A stretch of DNA of 64,000 nt from Macrostomum lignano (lineage: Eukaryota): NCBI GenBank assembly GCA_002269645.1, contig NIVC01000232.1, forward strand, positions 62,001-126,000. The letters run 5' to 3'. The position numbers and the translations under genes are program-made. The notes below the pieces were generated by a model. That model made no database searches and was not told where the DNA came from. It was given only the letters and a program-made list of their open reading frames with translations. Shown piece by piece: positions 1 to 13,450 of the stretch; the stretch's first letter is position 1; the number at the start of each line of letters is the position of its first letter.

Positions 1-200
1 ACTTCGGTCTTCGGACACACTTCAAAACTGATTAGAGCAATCTTGGACCCGCGGGGTAATGGCGGTAATGTGAATCGGCCTTTTGTGTGCTGTTTAAGAC
101 TGCAGAGGCTTTCCGACTACATTTACCTTAGTATATTGGTGTTATTAATATTAATAACATTAAAATTTCTATGGCAAAAATTTTACAACTAACGCTGATA

Positions 201-455
<255 letters not shown>

Positions 456-693
456 GCCTTAGTCTCTTAGTTTCGTATTGCCTTAGTACCTGCATTAGTT
501 TACCTGCCAACAACTGAACAACAACTGAAATATTGCTGAATTTTGATGCATTGCATATTATCTACTTTCTTCATTCAATTTTAGCCAAGCTACTGCGCTC
601 GTAATCTGCGCTAGACACGAGGAAATTTCAGTATTAACTAAAAAGCTTGCTTTTGACGCCATCCAGCCGCACCAAAATCTTTACTTGTTCAGC

Positions 694-3600
694 ATGAGTC
701 AAAACAGCTTAAAAGATGTTATTAATGGTGGCGATCTAAAAAAGTTAAAAACTTTAGTAGAGCAGACGCATGACTCGAACGCGAAAAACCAGTTATGCCA
801 GGATGCAGTTTTGCTTGCTGTGCAAAACCAGAAATGGGAAATGGTGGAGTATTTGATAAGTTGTATTGGCGATGAAAACGTCAGAAACCAGAGCTGTATA
901 ACCGCCGCCAATCACGCAATGAAGTTCAAACAGGTGGATAAACTGGAATCATTCATAAACAGCATCGGAGACAATCAGCTAAAGGACAATTGGTGCGCTG
1001 AGATGGCAGAATCTGCCCAAATATGGCGCTCTTGGGATGTCGTGCAAATTCTCACAAAAGCCATCAGCAACCAAAGCTTGAAGGACCAATGCTGCCGCAG
1101 ATTCGCTATCGCTGCTGCAGACAGCCAGGATTTACAGGTCCGAAATTTTTTTGTTGAACTGAGCTCAGATGAGGAGTTGAAGCAACAGTTTAGCATGGAG
1201 GCAGCTGGAACTGCAACAAGCAATCAAGAGAAACAAGTTGCAGAAAAAGCATTGTTAGAAACACTGGAGCTGCTGTCGAAAGAGGCCGCTGAACCAGAAG
1301 TGAGAAAGCAGTGCAGTGATGTCTTGGCACAGCACGAATCAGATCAACGGCTCTCAGTTACAGTCGCAGCAAGGCATATCGGTGCCAAAGGCTACGCCCA
1401 ACTTGTCAAAGCATTGCTCAATAAATTAGAAAATGAAAGTGAGAGACGTGAATTTTGCATGGTTGCTGCTGAATATGCTGCTAGAAGTGGACACTTTGAA
1501 CGAGTAGAGTCCGTGTTGCATGGCTGCAAAAGCACAAGACTGAAGGATGAATGCTCAATAAAAGTAGCTGAAGTTGCATCCAGTTGCGGTCACTTTAAAG
1601 TGGCAAAATATGCCATTGAAGCCATCAAAGACCAGAAACTAAGAAATAAGTGCTGTCTCAAGGCTGCTGAGGCATCCGCAAAGAATCGTCAGCTTGAGAT
1701 CACAAAGTTTCTGGTAAACTCTGTTGCAGACAACTTGAAGGACCAGTGCTGCAACAGGGCCACTCCGCCTGCAGCAAAGAACGGTCATCTTGAGGTGGTG
1801 ACCTATCTGGTTCAAAAAATGGTCGACAAAACTCTTAAAGATCAGTGCTGCAAGAAAGCTGCAAAATGCGCTTCGGATTCGCAAAAATGGGATGTCGTGA
1901 AGTTTCTAGCTGCGTCTATCAGCAACCAGGGCCAAAAGGACGAGTGCTACGCGTCTGCTGCAGAATCTGCAGCTTGGAGTGGTAGGTTTGAAGAGACGGA
2001 AGAATTTGTTAACAGCATCAATGATTCCAGCATTAAAGATGAGGGCTATCTGCGATCAGTGGAGTCAGCCGTTAACAATCTAAAGCTCGACGTTGCGGAG
2101 TCGTTACTTCTGATGAAATTCCCTCAATCTTTAAAAGATCAGGGCTGCACAGTAGCAGTTAAGCCGGCTGCCAAAAACGGCTACTTTGATTTTGTGAAGT
2201 TCGTTATTGTGACAGTCTCAGAGAAGCAAGTGCGAGACAAGTGCCGCTTGACTGCAGTTGAGCCGGCGGCTTTCAACGGCCACACCGAGGTGGTGAATTT
2301 TCTGGTTCAGTCTGCTGAAGAGCCATCCGTCAGGCTCGAGTGCTGCATGAAGGCAGCGGAGTCCTCACAAAGTGGCGGTAAAACTGATGTATTCGATGCT
2401 ATCTCAAAAGAAGTCGATGATCTGAAAGATGAAGGGCTGAAGGATCTCTTCTACAGCAGGGCTGCTGAGTCTGCAGCACGATGCGGAAAAGCTGCCGTCA
2501 TGATGTCCTCGTTGCTGAATGTTCTCGATGCAGAACGGAGGGCTGATTGCCACCGTCAATGCGCCCTCGCCGGAGCGTCTTTCGGACACGAAAACGTCGT
2601 AGAACGCTTTGATATTGAACCGCAGTGCCTCTTTGAGTTTCCGCCGTTGATTGAATTCTTCTCTATGATGGCACTGAAGAATGAAAACTCTATTCTGAAC
2701 AAAATATTGTCAACCATGCAGCCTGAAGAAAAGTTGAGGCTTCTTCTACTATCGATTTCAAGTGAGCATGTTTCCCTGGCCTTCGCTATTCTGCGTCAGC
2801 TCACTGAAGATGTTTTTGACCTGCCAGACAGCGAAGGAGTCACTGCTCTCATGCTGGCAGCTGATGCAGGTCACCACCAGCTCATCGAGAAGCTTGTGGA
2901 GCTCGGTGCATCCGTACAAGTCCAAGACAGTCACGGTCGGACGGCTCTGACACGAGCATGCGAAGCGGGTCACGTGCGAGCTGCAAAGAGCCTGATAGAC
3001 AATGGAGCGGATGCGAGTCACCAAGACGATCGGGGCTTGACATGCGTGCAGTGGGCGGAGCAGAACGGACACTCAGAGCTGCTTCGACTACTTGATTCTT
3101 TTTACTCAAGGTAAGATATTGATCAACTATCAACAAGTTATTAACTGATTTTTCCTGCAATTACGTATTCAACTATTTACGCATTTTAGGAACGAAAATC
3201 GCGCACAGGAGGAGCAGCTGAGCACGGAGTTGCACGAGCTGCTCAACTCGGCAGGATTCACCCGCGAGAGAGCTGAGTGCCAGAAGGTGATGGCCGACTG
3301 CCTGCAGAGAATCGCCATCGCGGTGGTCCGTGACGACAGTTGGCTGACTGGCAGCTATGCAGAGGGCTGGGCCAACAGTCTGGTTCAAGTGAACGGCAGA
3401 ACGGCGCATGACTCAGACATCGACTGGACGGTTGTTGTTGCTCTGCAGAAGTTTCATCTCCAGGGCGGGTGCTCCCAGACGGGAGATTGTGCACAGGCCA
3501 ATCAGTGGACGGTGGCAAACGGTCATGCCAATATTCCCGAGTGCTGTGGTGCGTAGAATATTGTACGACTTTTATGACTTTTAGTCATACTTTTATCAAA

Positions 3601-5125
3601 ATCTACTTCATTTTAAGACATCTAGGCTCGTACAGATATCTGAAGATATCTAAAGCAAAGGTCTTTCCGATAGCCTACGAGCGTAATCTGACCGCGGTAC
3701 AATCAAAACTCATCTACAATGGTATTAATAATATTATAATTGATAAGTACTGCAAAAAATTATTTTTTGATTTTAGGAAGCCAGCCTGCAGTAGCAACTC
3801 CGGCAAGCGGCGTGAGACCCAGACTGGACCTGTGCCATGCCTTTCAGTGCTGCAGCGACTTTTGCACAGATCCTCAGAAGATTAAACTCATTACTTATCA
3901 ACTGCCAAAAGTTCATCTGGTGAGAGCAACCCGACCTACAAAGCAAACCCGAAACGAGCTCAGGGTGAGCTTCAGCTTGCATGAAAAGAGGATCATGCAA
4001 AACCTCTCTGACGTTCAGGGCCAACTCTTCACAGTAATCAAATTTATCTTTAAAAAATACTTACCCATCACACTGAAAACACCTGGACTCAAGACTTACC
4101 ACGCAAAGACTCTGCTCTTCTTCATGCTCGAGAAGCATGGAACCGAGTATTTCGATCCAGCTTGGCAGCCAGAAAATCTGATTTCTCTTGTGAAAGAGGC
4201 TCTCGAAATGATGCTGAGCTTCATCGACTCGAGCAGGTCGCCCGACGAGTGCATGCCGCACTTTTTCATGTCGGACGCTTCTCTGTACTTCAAGAACGCT
4301 GGAATCGGCGGCGACTTCGACAACACGAAGTCGAGGGTTCGACTCCGACTGAGCGAGGTGCGAAGAAACATTGAAGATATGGTGAATGTGCTGAAAGAGC
4401 ACCTAAGACCACTGCAGTCTCAGAACTTCTACTTCCACCCTTTTGCTCTACTGCCATTGGCATCACCAAGTAGAGTGAGCGAAGTGACACCGAGACGCAA
4501 AAACCAATACCTGCACTTTGCGGATGCCTACTGTGTAATTCACCAGTGCCTGCAGAAGCTGACGTCAGCAGAAACGGATGAGGCCTACCTAATGAATGAG
4601 CTGCAACTTCTAGACCGACTGCAGTGGTGCAAGACTGCCGCACTCTGCCTCAATGTCATGGCGCACATAAAGTTCGGAGAGGTTGTGGAGGCCGAGTCAC
4701 CACTGAAGAGGCTCTGCAATCACTCTGCTCAGCCTGCTTGGACGCCAGAATGCTTTCCAACCAGTCGGCTGGAACATTGGGAGGTTCCCGACGACTCAGA
4801 CTGGGCGTGGAGGTTCTGCTTTCCGTGCGACACTCCGCCTCGCTTTCCTTTTCTTCCCGAGTTCACGCAGTCTCTGTTTACTGCCAGACTGTCCCAGCCT
4901 CGGTCCTCACACCTGTACGTGAACTTCCGCTGCCTGAGCTGGAGTCTCCAAGCTGAGCTGCTCCGCGATCGAACACCCGAAAATGAAATCTCATTCGATG
5001 CTTGGAAGACTCAGCTGCAAGAGGACCCGGACTTGGAGGAGCTGCTCACCCTGGCTCACTACAGCAACAGCCGCGAGCATGTGAAGTTCTGTCTACAAAA
5101 AATGGAGGGCTTCAAGGACGATTAA
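694..5125 (+). CDS. Ankyrin-repeat / Mab-21 (cGAS-like, cGLR-type) nucleotidyltransferase fusion, 1374 aa, 3 exons: 694-3110, 3190-3548, 3777-5125
   Basis: Introns 3111-3189 (GTAAGA..TTTTAG, phase 2) and 3549-3776 (GTGCGT..TTTTAG, phase 1) join the three ORFs in frame (4125 nt). The N-terminus has about 18-19 degenerate 33-aa repeats (LKDQCC..AA..GH.EVV.FLV) plus three canonical ankyrins (TALMLAADAGH, TALTRACEAGH, TCVQWAEQNGH). The C-half has GSYAEG..SDID, LDLCHAF, LRVSFSLHE, LKTYHAKTLLF and MPHFFM, the ordered Mab-21 motif series. Confidence 0.9.
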
Positions 5126-5430
5126 ATTGTTGTCGTTTTGAAGATTTTTGTACTATACTGAAATATTTCTGTTAACTTCTCAAACTAACTTTTCATTTAG
5201 CTTTGTTATTTAAAAATTTTTCTGTAGTCAGTAAAGATTGGGTTTGCTTTTAGAGTGTTAATTATAGATAATGTTGACCAGATGTTGTAACCAAGAAAAG
5301 GAAATCAGCGTTAAGTTCCTTACTTAGTTGTAGCAAAACCTTTTTACGAGGACCATAAAGCCTTCACAACATGCATGTAAAGTACGAGTATATCACTCAA
5401 CTGATAAGATTTTTTTCTGAAATGCGCTTG

Positions 5431-5711
5431 CAGGGGCGGATTTATGGGGGGGGGGGTGGGGGGCGGCCGCCCCCTACTACCAAAATAGCTTGACAGAACA
5501 TATTGCGCCCCCCAAAAACCTGAGTTTGTGCCCCCTAAACTTGACTTTTCTCCCCCAAAAGACATTTTTTGCGCCCCTAAGCTTGACTTTTTGCCCCATA
5601 CACGCATTTTTGGCGCCCCTTAGCTAAAAAATTGGCGCCCCTTATACTCGTGTTGGCGCCCCAAACTTGGATCGCCCCCCCCCCCAAAATGAAACTCTAG
5701 ATCCGCCACTG
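5431..5711. mobile_element. hAT-type MITE, 281 bp
   Basis: Ends CAGGGGCGGATTTA and TAGATCCGCCACTG form a 14-bp TIR (12/14 match). Perfect 8-bp TSD TGCGCTTG at 5423-5430 and 5712-5719. No coding capacity. Confidence 0.9.
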
Positions 5712-6579
5712 TGCGCTTGTACTTGTCAACACATGTAAGTGAATGTAGTTGGAAGAGTAAAGTTTTTTTATATTGTTTGTATGTCTGTACTATTACTTAT
5801 ATTCACGACGGCTTATCCTACCAGTCATTGTCACTATTAAACTACTTAAAAATAATTTCGTTTTAGCTCTGAGTGTAGTTCTGCTAAAGCTTCTCCTTCA
5901 ATCCCGCTTTCTATTAAACTGAACATCAATATACCTGGAACATCAGCTGATCGATTTCGCTCAACAATAAGTTGTTTGTGTAACTACTTTTGCCGATAAG
6001 AGAGTTTTGAATTCTTAAAATCCTTTTGTTTAAATTTTAGCAGCAAAGCTCGGTTTAGGAGAATGGCCAGCCACTGATCGAATCAGCAGCAGACTGGCTG
6101 CTCAGAAAGATGAAGAAGAAAATAGATCAGCGAGTGAAGGCAAAGACAACAGCAACTAAGGACTCAAAACTGTTGCTACAGAGCGACGTAGTTTGGCTGT
6201 TAATTTGTAAAATGCTTTGGCTTGTAAAAAAACGTTCGATAAACTACAATTGGTATTGAATATGTAGCTCGTTAACTCTAGAAAATTACTGTATCGCACT
6301 ATAGTTATACAGAACTTAGTTGAACGTGTGAGCACACTTGAGGTCCCCGCAGCTCAGGGGTTGAGACCAGCTTTGCAACGAGTAAGAACTCAGAAACCTA
6401 TTTTAACTCGTAATATAGAATGTAATATACCGGTATAGAATACATACTAGACACGCCTCTAAAGCTACTGCTCATTGCTAAAGGACGTTTCCCGGTTAAC
6501 TGGTAACTCTTAACAGTATTATAATACAAGTGGATTGACTGCAGATAGTGATTGTTAAAGAGATATACATTATTTTCGA

Positions 6580-9500
6580 TTGGGAGACAGGTGCTGAAAT
6601 AGAAGGAGAGGTGCTTAAATAGGGGGACAGGAGCTGAAATAGGGGGACAGGAGCTGAAATAGGGGGACAGGTGCTGAAATAGGGGACAAATGCTGAAATA
6701 GGGGAGACAGATGCTTAAATAGGGGGACAGGAGCTTAAATAGGGAAGACAGGTGGTGCTTAAATAGGGGAGACAGGTGCTGAAATAGGGGAGACAGGTGC
6801 TTAAATAGGGGAGACAGATGCTGAAATAGGGGAGACAAATGCTTAAATAGGGGGACAGGTGCTTAAATAGGGGACAGGTGCTGAAATAGGGGAGACAGAT
6901 GCTTAAATAGGGGACAGGAGCTTAAATAGGGGAGACAGGTGCTTAATTAGGGGAGACAGATGCTGAAATAGGGGAGACAGGTGCTTAAATAGGGGAGACA
7001 GATGCTGAAATAGGGGAGACAGGTGCTGAAATAGGGGGACAGGTGCTGAAATAGAAGGAGAGGTGCTTAAATAGGGGGACAGGAGCTGAAATAGGGGAAC
7101 AGGTGCTGAAATAGGGGAGACAGGAGCTGAAATAGGGGGACAGGAGCTTAAATAGGGGAGACAGATGCTTAAATAGGGGGACAGGAGCTTAAATAGGGGA
7201 GACAGGTGCTGAAATAGGGGAGACAGGTGCTGAAATAGGGGAGACAGGTGCTTAAATAGGGGAGACAGATGCTGAAATAGGGGAGACAAATGCTTAAATA
7301 GGGGGACAGGTGCTTAAATAGGGGACAGGTGCTGAAATAGGGGAGACAGATGCTTAAATAGGGGGACAGGAGCTTAAATAGGGGAGACAGGTGCTTAATT
7401 AGGGGAGACAGATGCTGAAATAGGGGAGACAGGTGCTTAAATAGGGGAGACAGATGCTGAAATAGGGGAGACAGGTGCTGAAATAGGGGGACAGGTGCTG
7501 AAATAGAAGGAGAGGTGCTTAAATAGGGGGACAGGAGCTGAAATAGGGGAACAGGTGCTAAAATAGGGGAGACAGGAGCTGAAATAGGGGGACAGGAGCT
7601 TAAATAGGGGAGACAGATGCTTAAATAGGGGGACAGGAGCTTAAATAGGGGAGACAGGTGCTGAAATAGGGGAGACAGGTGCTGAAATAGGGGAGACAGG
7701 TGCTTAAATAGGGGAGACAGATGCTGAAATAGAGGAGACAGGTGCTTAAATAGGAGAGACAGATGCTGAAATAGGGGAGACAGGTGCTGAAATAGGGGGA
7801 CAGGTGCTGAAATAGAAGGAGAGTTGCTTAAATAGGGGGACAGGAGCTGAAATAGGGGGACAGGTGCTGAAATAGGGGACAAATGCTGAAATAGGGGAGA
7901 CAGATGCTTAAATAGGAGGACAGGAGCTTAAATAGGGAAGACAGGTGGTGCTTAAATAGGGGAGACAGGTGCTGAAATAGGGGAGACAGGTGCTTAAATA
8001 GGGGAGACAGATGCTGAAATAGGGGAGACAAATGCTTAAATAGGGGACAGGTGCTTAAATAGGGGACAGGTGCTGAAATAGGGGAGACAGATGCTTAAAT
8101 AGGGGGACAGGAGCTTAAATAGGGGAGACAGGTGCTTAAATAGGGGAGACAGATGCTGAAATAGGGGAGACAGGTGCTTAAATAGGGGAGACAGATGCTG
8201 AAATAGGGGAGACAGGTGCTGAAATAGGGGGACAGGTGCTGAAATAGAAGGAGAGTTGCTTAAATAGGGGGACAGGAGCAGAAATAGAAGGAGAGGTGCT
8301 TAAATAGGGGGACAGGAGCTGAAATAGGGGGACAGGTGCTGAAATAGGGGAGACAGGTGCTGAAATAGGGGAGACAGGTGCTGAAATAGGGGAGACAGGT
8401 GCTGAAATAGGGGAGACAGGTGCTTAAATAGGGGAGACAGATGCTGAAATAGGGGAGACAGGTGCTTAAATAGGGGGACAGGAGCAGAAATAGAAGGAGA
8501 GGTGCTTAAATAGGGGGACAGGAGCTGAAATAGGGGGACAGGTGCTGAAATAGGGGAGACAGGAGCTGAAATAGGGGGACAGGAGCTTAAATAGGGGAGA
8601 CAGATGCTTAAATAGGGGGACAGGAGCTTAAATAGGGGGACAGGAGCTGAAATAGGGGGACAGGTGCTGAAATAGGGGAGACAGGAGCTGAAATAGGGGA
8701 CAGGAGCTTAAATAGGGGAGACAGATGCTTACATAGGGGGACAGGAGCTTAAATAGGGGAGACAGATGCTGAAATAGGGGGACAGGAGCTGAAATAGGGG
8801 GACAGGAGCTGAAATAGGGGGACAGTTGCTGAAATAGGGGGACAGGAGCTGAAATAGGGGGACAGGTGCTGAAATAGGGGGACAGTTGCTGAAATAGGGG
8901 GACAGGTGCTTAAATAGGGGGACAGGAGCTGAAATAGGGGGACAGTTGCTGAAATAGGGGGACAGGTGCTTAAATAGGGGGACAGGAGCTGAAATAGGGG
9001 ACAGTTGCTGAAATAGGGGGACAGGTGCTTAAATAGGGGGACAGGTGCTGAAATAGGGGGACAGTTGCTGAAATAGGGGGACAGGTGCTTAAATAGGGGG
9101 ACAGTTGCTGAAATAGGGGACAGGTGCTGAAATAGGGGGACAGGTGCTGAAATAGGGGGACAGGTGCTGAAATAGGGGGACAGGAGCTGAAATAGGGGGA
9201 AAGGTGCTTAAATAGGGGGACAGGTGTTGAAATAGGGGGAAAGGTGCTGAAATAGGGGGACAGGTGATGAAATAGGGGAGACAGATGCTGAAATAGGGGA
9301 GACAGGTGTTGAAATAGGGGACAGGTGCTGAAATAGGGGAGACAGGTGCTGAAATAGGGGGACAGGTGCTGAAATAGGGGGACAGGTGCTGAAATAGGGG
9401 GACAGGTGCTGAAATAGGGGGACAGGTGATGAAATAGGGGGAAAGGTGCTTAAATAGGGGGACAGGTGTTGAAATAGGGGGAAAGGTGCTGAAATAGGGG

Positions 9501-12500
9501 GACAGGTGCTTAAATAGGGGGACAGGAGCTGAAATAGGGGGACAGTTGCTGAAATAGGGGGACAGGTGCTTAAATAGGGGGACAGGTGCTGAAATAGGGG
9601 GACAGTTGCTGAAATAGGGGGACAGGTGCTTAAATAGGGGGACAGTTGCTGAAATAGGGGGACAGGTGCTGAAATAGGGGGACAGGTGCTGAAATAGGGG
9701 GACAGGTGCTGAAATAGGGGGACAGGAGCTGAAATAGGGGGAAAGGTGCTTAAATAGGGGGACAGGTGTTGAAATAGGGGGAAAGGTGCTGAAATAGGGG
9801 GACAGGTGATGAAATAGGGGGAAAGGTGCTTAAATAGGGGGACAGGTGTTGAAATAGGGGGAAAGGTGCTGAAATAGGGGGACAGTTGCTGAAATAGGGG
9901 GACAGGTGCTGAAATAGGGGGACAGGTGCTGAAATAGGGGGACAGGTGCTGAAATAGGGGAGACAGGAGCTGAAATAGGGGGACAGGAGCTTAAATAGGG
10001 GAGACAGATGCTTAAATAGGGGGACAGGAGCTTAAATAGGGGAGACAGGTGCTGAAATAGGGGAGACAGGTGCTGAAATAGGGGAGACAGGTGCTTAAAT
10101 AGGGGAGACAGATGCTGAAATAGGGGAGACAAATGCTTAAATAGGGGGACAGGTGCTTAAATAGGGGACAGGTGCTGAAATAGGGGAGACAGATGCTTAA
10201 ATAGGGGGACAGGAGCTTAAATAGGGGAGACAGGTGCTTAATTAGGGGAGACAGATGCTGAAATAGGGGAGACAGGTGCTTAAATAGGGGAGACAGATGC
10301 TGAAATAGGGGAGACAGGTGCTGAAATAGGGGGACAGGTGCTGAAATAGAAGGAGAGGTGCTTAAATAGGGGGACAGGAGCTGAAATAGGGGAACAGGTG
10401 CTGAAATAGGGGAGACAGGAGCTGAAATAGGGGGACAGGAGCTTAAATAGGGGAGACAGATGCTTAAATAGGGGGACAGGAGCTTAAATAGGGGAGACAG
10501 ATGCTGAAATAGAGGAGACAGGTGCTTAAATAGGAGAGACAGATGCTGAAATAGGGGAGACAGGTGCTGAAATAGGGGGACAGGTGCTGAAATAGAAGGA
10601 GAGTTGCTTAAATAGGGGGACAGGAGCTTAAATAGGGGGACAGGTGCTGAAATAGGGGACAAATGCTGAAATAGGGGAGACAGATGCTTAAATAGGAGGA
10701 CAGGAGCTTAAATAGGGAAGACAGGTGGTGCTTAAATAGGGGAGACAGGTGCTGAAATAGGGGAGACAGGTGCTTAAATAGGGGAGACAGATGCTGAAAT
10801 AGGGGAGACAAATGCTTAAATAGGGGGACAGGTGCTTAAATAGGGGACAGGTGCTGAAATAGGGGAGACAGATGCTTAAATAGGGGGACAGGAGCTTAAA
10901 TAGGGGAGACAGGTGCTTAAATAGGGGAGACAGATGCTGAAATAGGGGAGACAGGTGCTTAAATAGGGGAGACAGATGCTGAAATAGGGGAGACAGGTGC
11001 TGAAATAGGGGACAGGTGCTGAAATAGAAGGAGAGTTGCTTAAATAGGGGGACAGGAGCAGAAATAGAAGGAGAGGTGCTTAAATAGGGGGACAGGAGCT
11101 GAAATAGGGGGACAAGTGCTGAAATAGGGGAGACAGGTGCTGAAATAGGGGAGACAGGTGCTGAAATAGGGGAGACAGGTGCTGAAATAGGGGAGACAGG
11201 TGCTTAAATAGGGGAGACAGATGCTGAAATAGGGGAGACAGGTGCTTAAATAGGGGGACAGGAGCAGAAATAGAAGGAGAGGTGCTTAAATAGGGGGACA
11301 GGAGCTGAAATAGGGGGACAGGTGCTGAAATAGGGGAGACAGGAGCTGAAATAGGGGGACAGGAGCTTAAATAGGGGAGACAGATGCTTAAATAGGGGGA
11401 CAGGAGCTTAAATAGGGGGACAGGAGCTGAAATAGGGGGACAGGTGCTGAAATAGGGGAGACAGGAGCTGAAATAGGGGGACAGGAGCTTAAATAGGGGA
11501 GACAGATGCTTACATAGGGGGACAGGAGCTTAAATAGGGGAGACAGATGCTGAAATAGGGGACAGGAGCTGAAATAGGGGGACAGGAGCTGAAATAGGGG
11601 GACAGTTGCTGAAATAGGGGGACAGGAGCTGAAATAGGGGGACAGGTGCTGAAATAGGGGGACAGTTGCTGAAATAGGGGGACAGGTGCTTAAATAGGGG
11701 GACAGGAGCTGAAATAGGGGGACAGTTGCTGAAATAGGGGGACAGGTGCTTAAATAGGGGGACAGGAGCTGAAATAGGGGGACAGTTGCTGAAATAGGGG
11801 GACAGGTGCTTAAATAGGGGGACAGGTGCTGAAATAGGGGGACAGTTGCTGAAATAGGGGGACAGGTGCTTAAATAGGGGGACAGTTGCTGAAATAGGGG
11901 GACAGGTGCTGAAATAGGGGGACAGGTGCTGAAATAGGGGGACAGGTGCTGAAATAGGGGGACAGGAGCTGAAATAGGGGGAAAGGTGCTTAAATAGGGG
12001 GACAGGTGTTGAAATAGGGGGAAAGGTGCTGAAATAGGGGGACAGGTGATGAAATAGGGGAGACAGATGCTGAAATAGGGGAGACAGGTGTTGAAATAGG
12101 GGGACAGGTGCTGAAATAGGGGAGACAGGTGCTGAAATAGGGGGACAGGTGCTGAAATAGGGGGACAGGTGCTGAAATAGGGGGACAGGTGCTGAAATAG
12201 GGGGACAGGTGATGAAATAGGGGAAAGGTGCTTAAATAGGGGGACAGGTGTTGAAATAGGGGGAAAGGTGCTGAAATAGGGGGACAGGTGCTTAAATAGG
12301 GGGACAGGAGCTGAAATAGGGGGACAGTTGCTGAAATAGGGGGACAGGTGCTTAAATAGGGGACAGGTGCTGAAATAGGGGGACAGTTGCTGAAATAGGG
12401 GGACAGGTGCTTAAATAGGGGGACAGTTGCTGAAATAGGGGGACAGGTGCTGAAATAGGGGGACAGGTGCTGAAATAGGGGGACAGGTGCTGAAATAGGG

Positions 12501-13450
12501 GGACAGGAGCTGAAATAGGGGGAAAGGTGCTTAAATAGGGGGACAGGTGTTGAAATAGGGGGAAAGGTGCTGAAATAGGGGGACAGGTGATGAAATAGGG
12601 GGAAAGGTGCTTAAATAGGGGGACAGGTGTTGAAATAGGGGGAAAGGTGCTGAAATAGGGGGACAGTTGCTGAAATAGGGGGACAGGTGCTGAAATAGGG
12701 GGACAGGTGCTGAAATAGGGGGACAGGTGCTGAAATAGGGGGACAGGTGATGAAATAGGGGGAAAGGTGCTTAAATAGGGGACAGGTGTTGAAATAGGGG
12801 GAAAGGTGCTGAAATAGGGGGACAGGTGATGAAATAGGGGGACAGGTGTTGAAATAGGGGGAAAGGTGCTGAAATAGGGGGACAGGAGCTGAAATAGGGG
12901 GACAGGTGCTTAAATAGGGGGACAGGAGCTGAAATAGGGGGACAGGTGCTTAAATAGGGGGACAGGAGCTGAAATAGGGGGACAGTTGCTGAAATAGGGG
13001 GACAGGTGCTTAAATAGGGGGACAGGAGCTGAAATAGGGGGACAGTTGCTGAAATAGGGGGACAGGTGCTTAAATAGGGGGACAGGTGCTGAAATAGGGG
13101 GACAGTTGCTGAAATAGGGGGACAGGTGCTTAAATAGGGGGACAGTTGCTGAAATAGGGGGACAGGTGCTGAAATAGGGGGACAGGTGCTGAAATAGGGG
13201 GACAGGTGCTGAAATAGGGGGACAGGAGCTGAAATAGGGGGAAAGGTGCTTAAATAGGGGGACAGGTGTTGAAATAGGGGGAAAGGTGCTGAAATAGGGG
13301 GACAGGTGATGAAATAGGGGGAAAGGTGCTGAAATAGGGGAGACAGGTGATGAAATAGGGGGACAGGTGTTGAAATAGGGGGAAAGGTGCTGAAATAGGG
13401 GGACAGGAGCTGAAATAGGGGGACAGGTGCTGAAATAGGGGGACAGGCGC
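6580..13450. repeat. About 6.9-kb G-rich minisatellite, 20-21-bp unit GAAATAGGGGGACAGGTGCT
   Basis: Hundreds of tandem units with recurrent variants; contains a ~2.78-kb internal duplication. Confidence 0.97.

Noticed and set aside
6041-6158. Short open frame after an acceptor (AKLGLGEWPATDRISS..), possible extra cGLR exon
   Set aside because: Exon 3 already ends in a stop at 5125 and I found no convincing phase-compatible donor before it.
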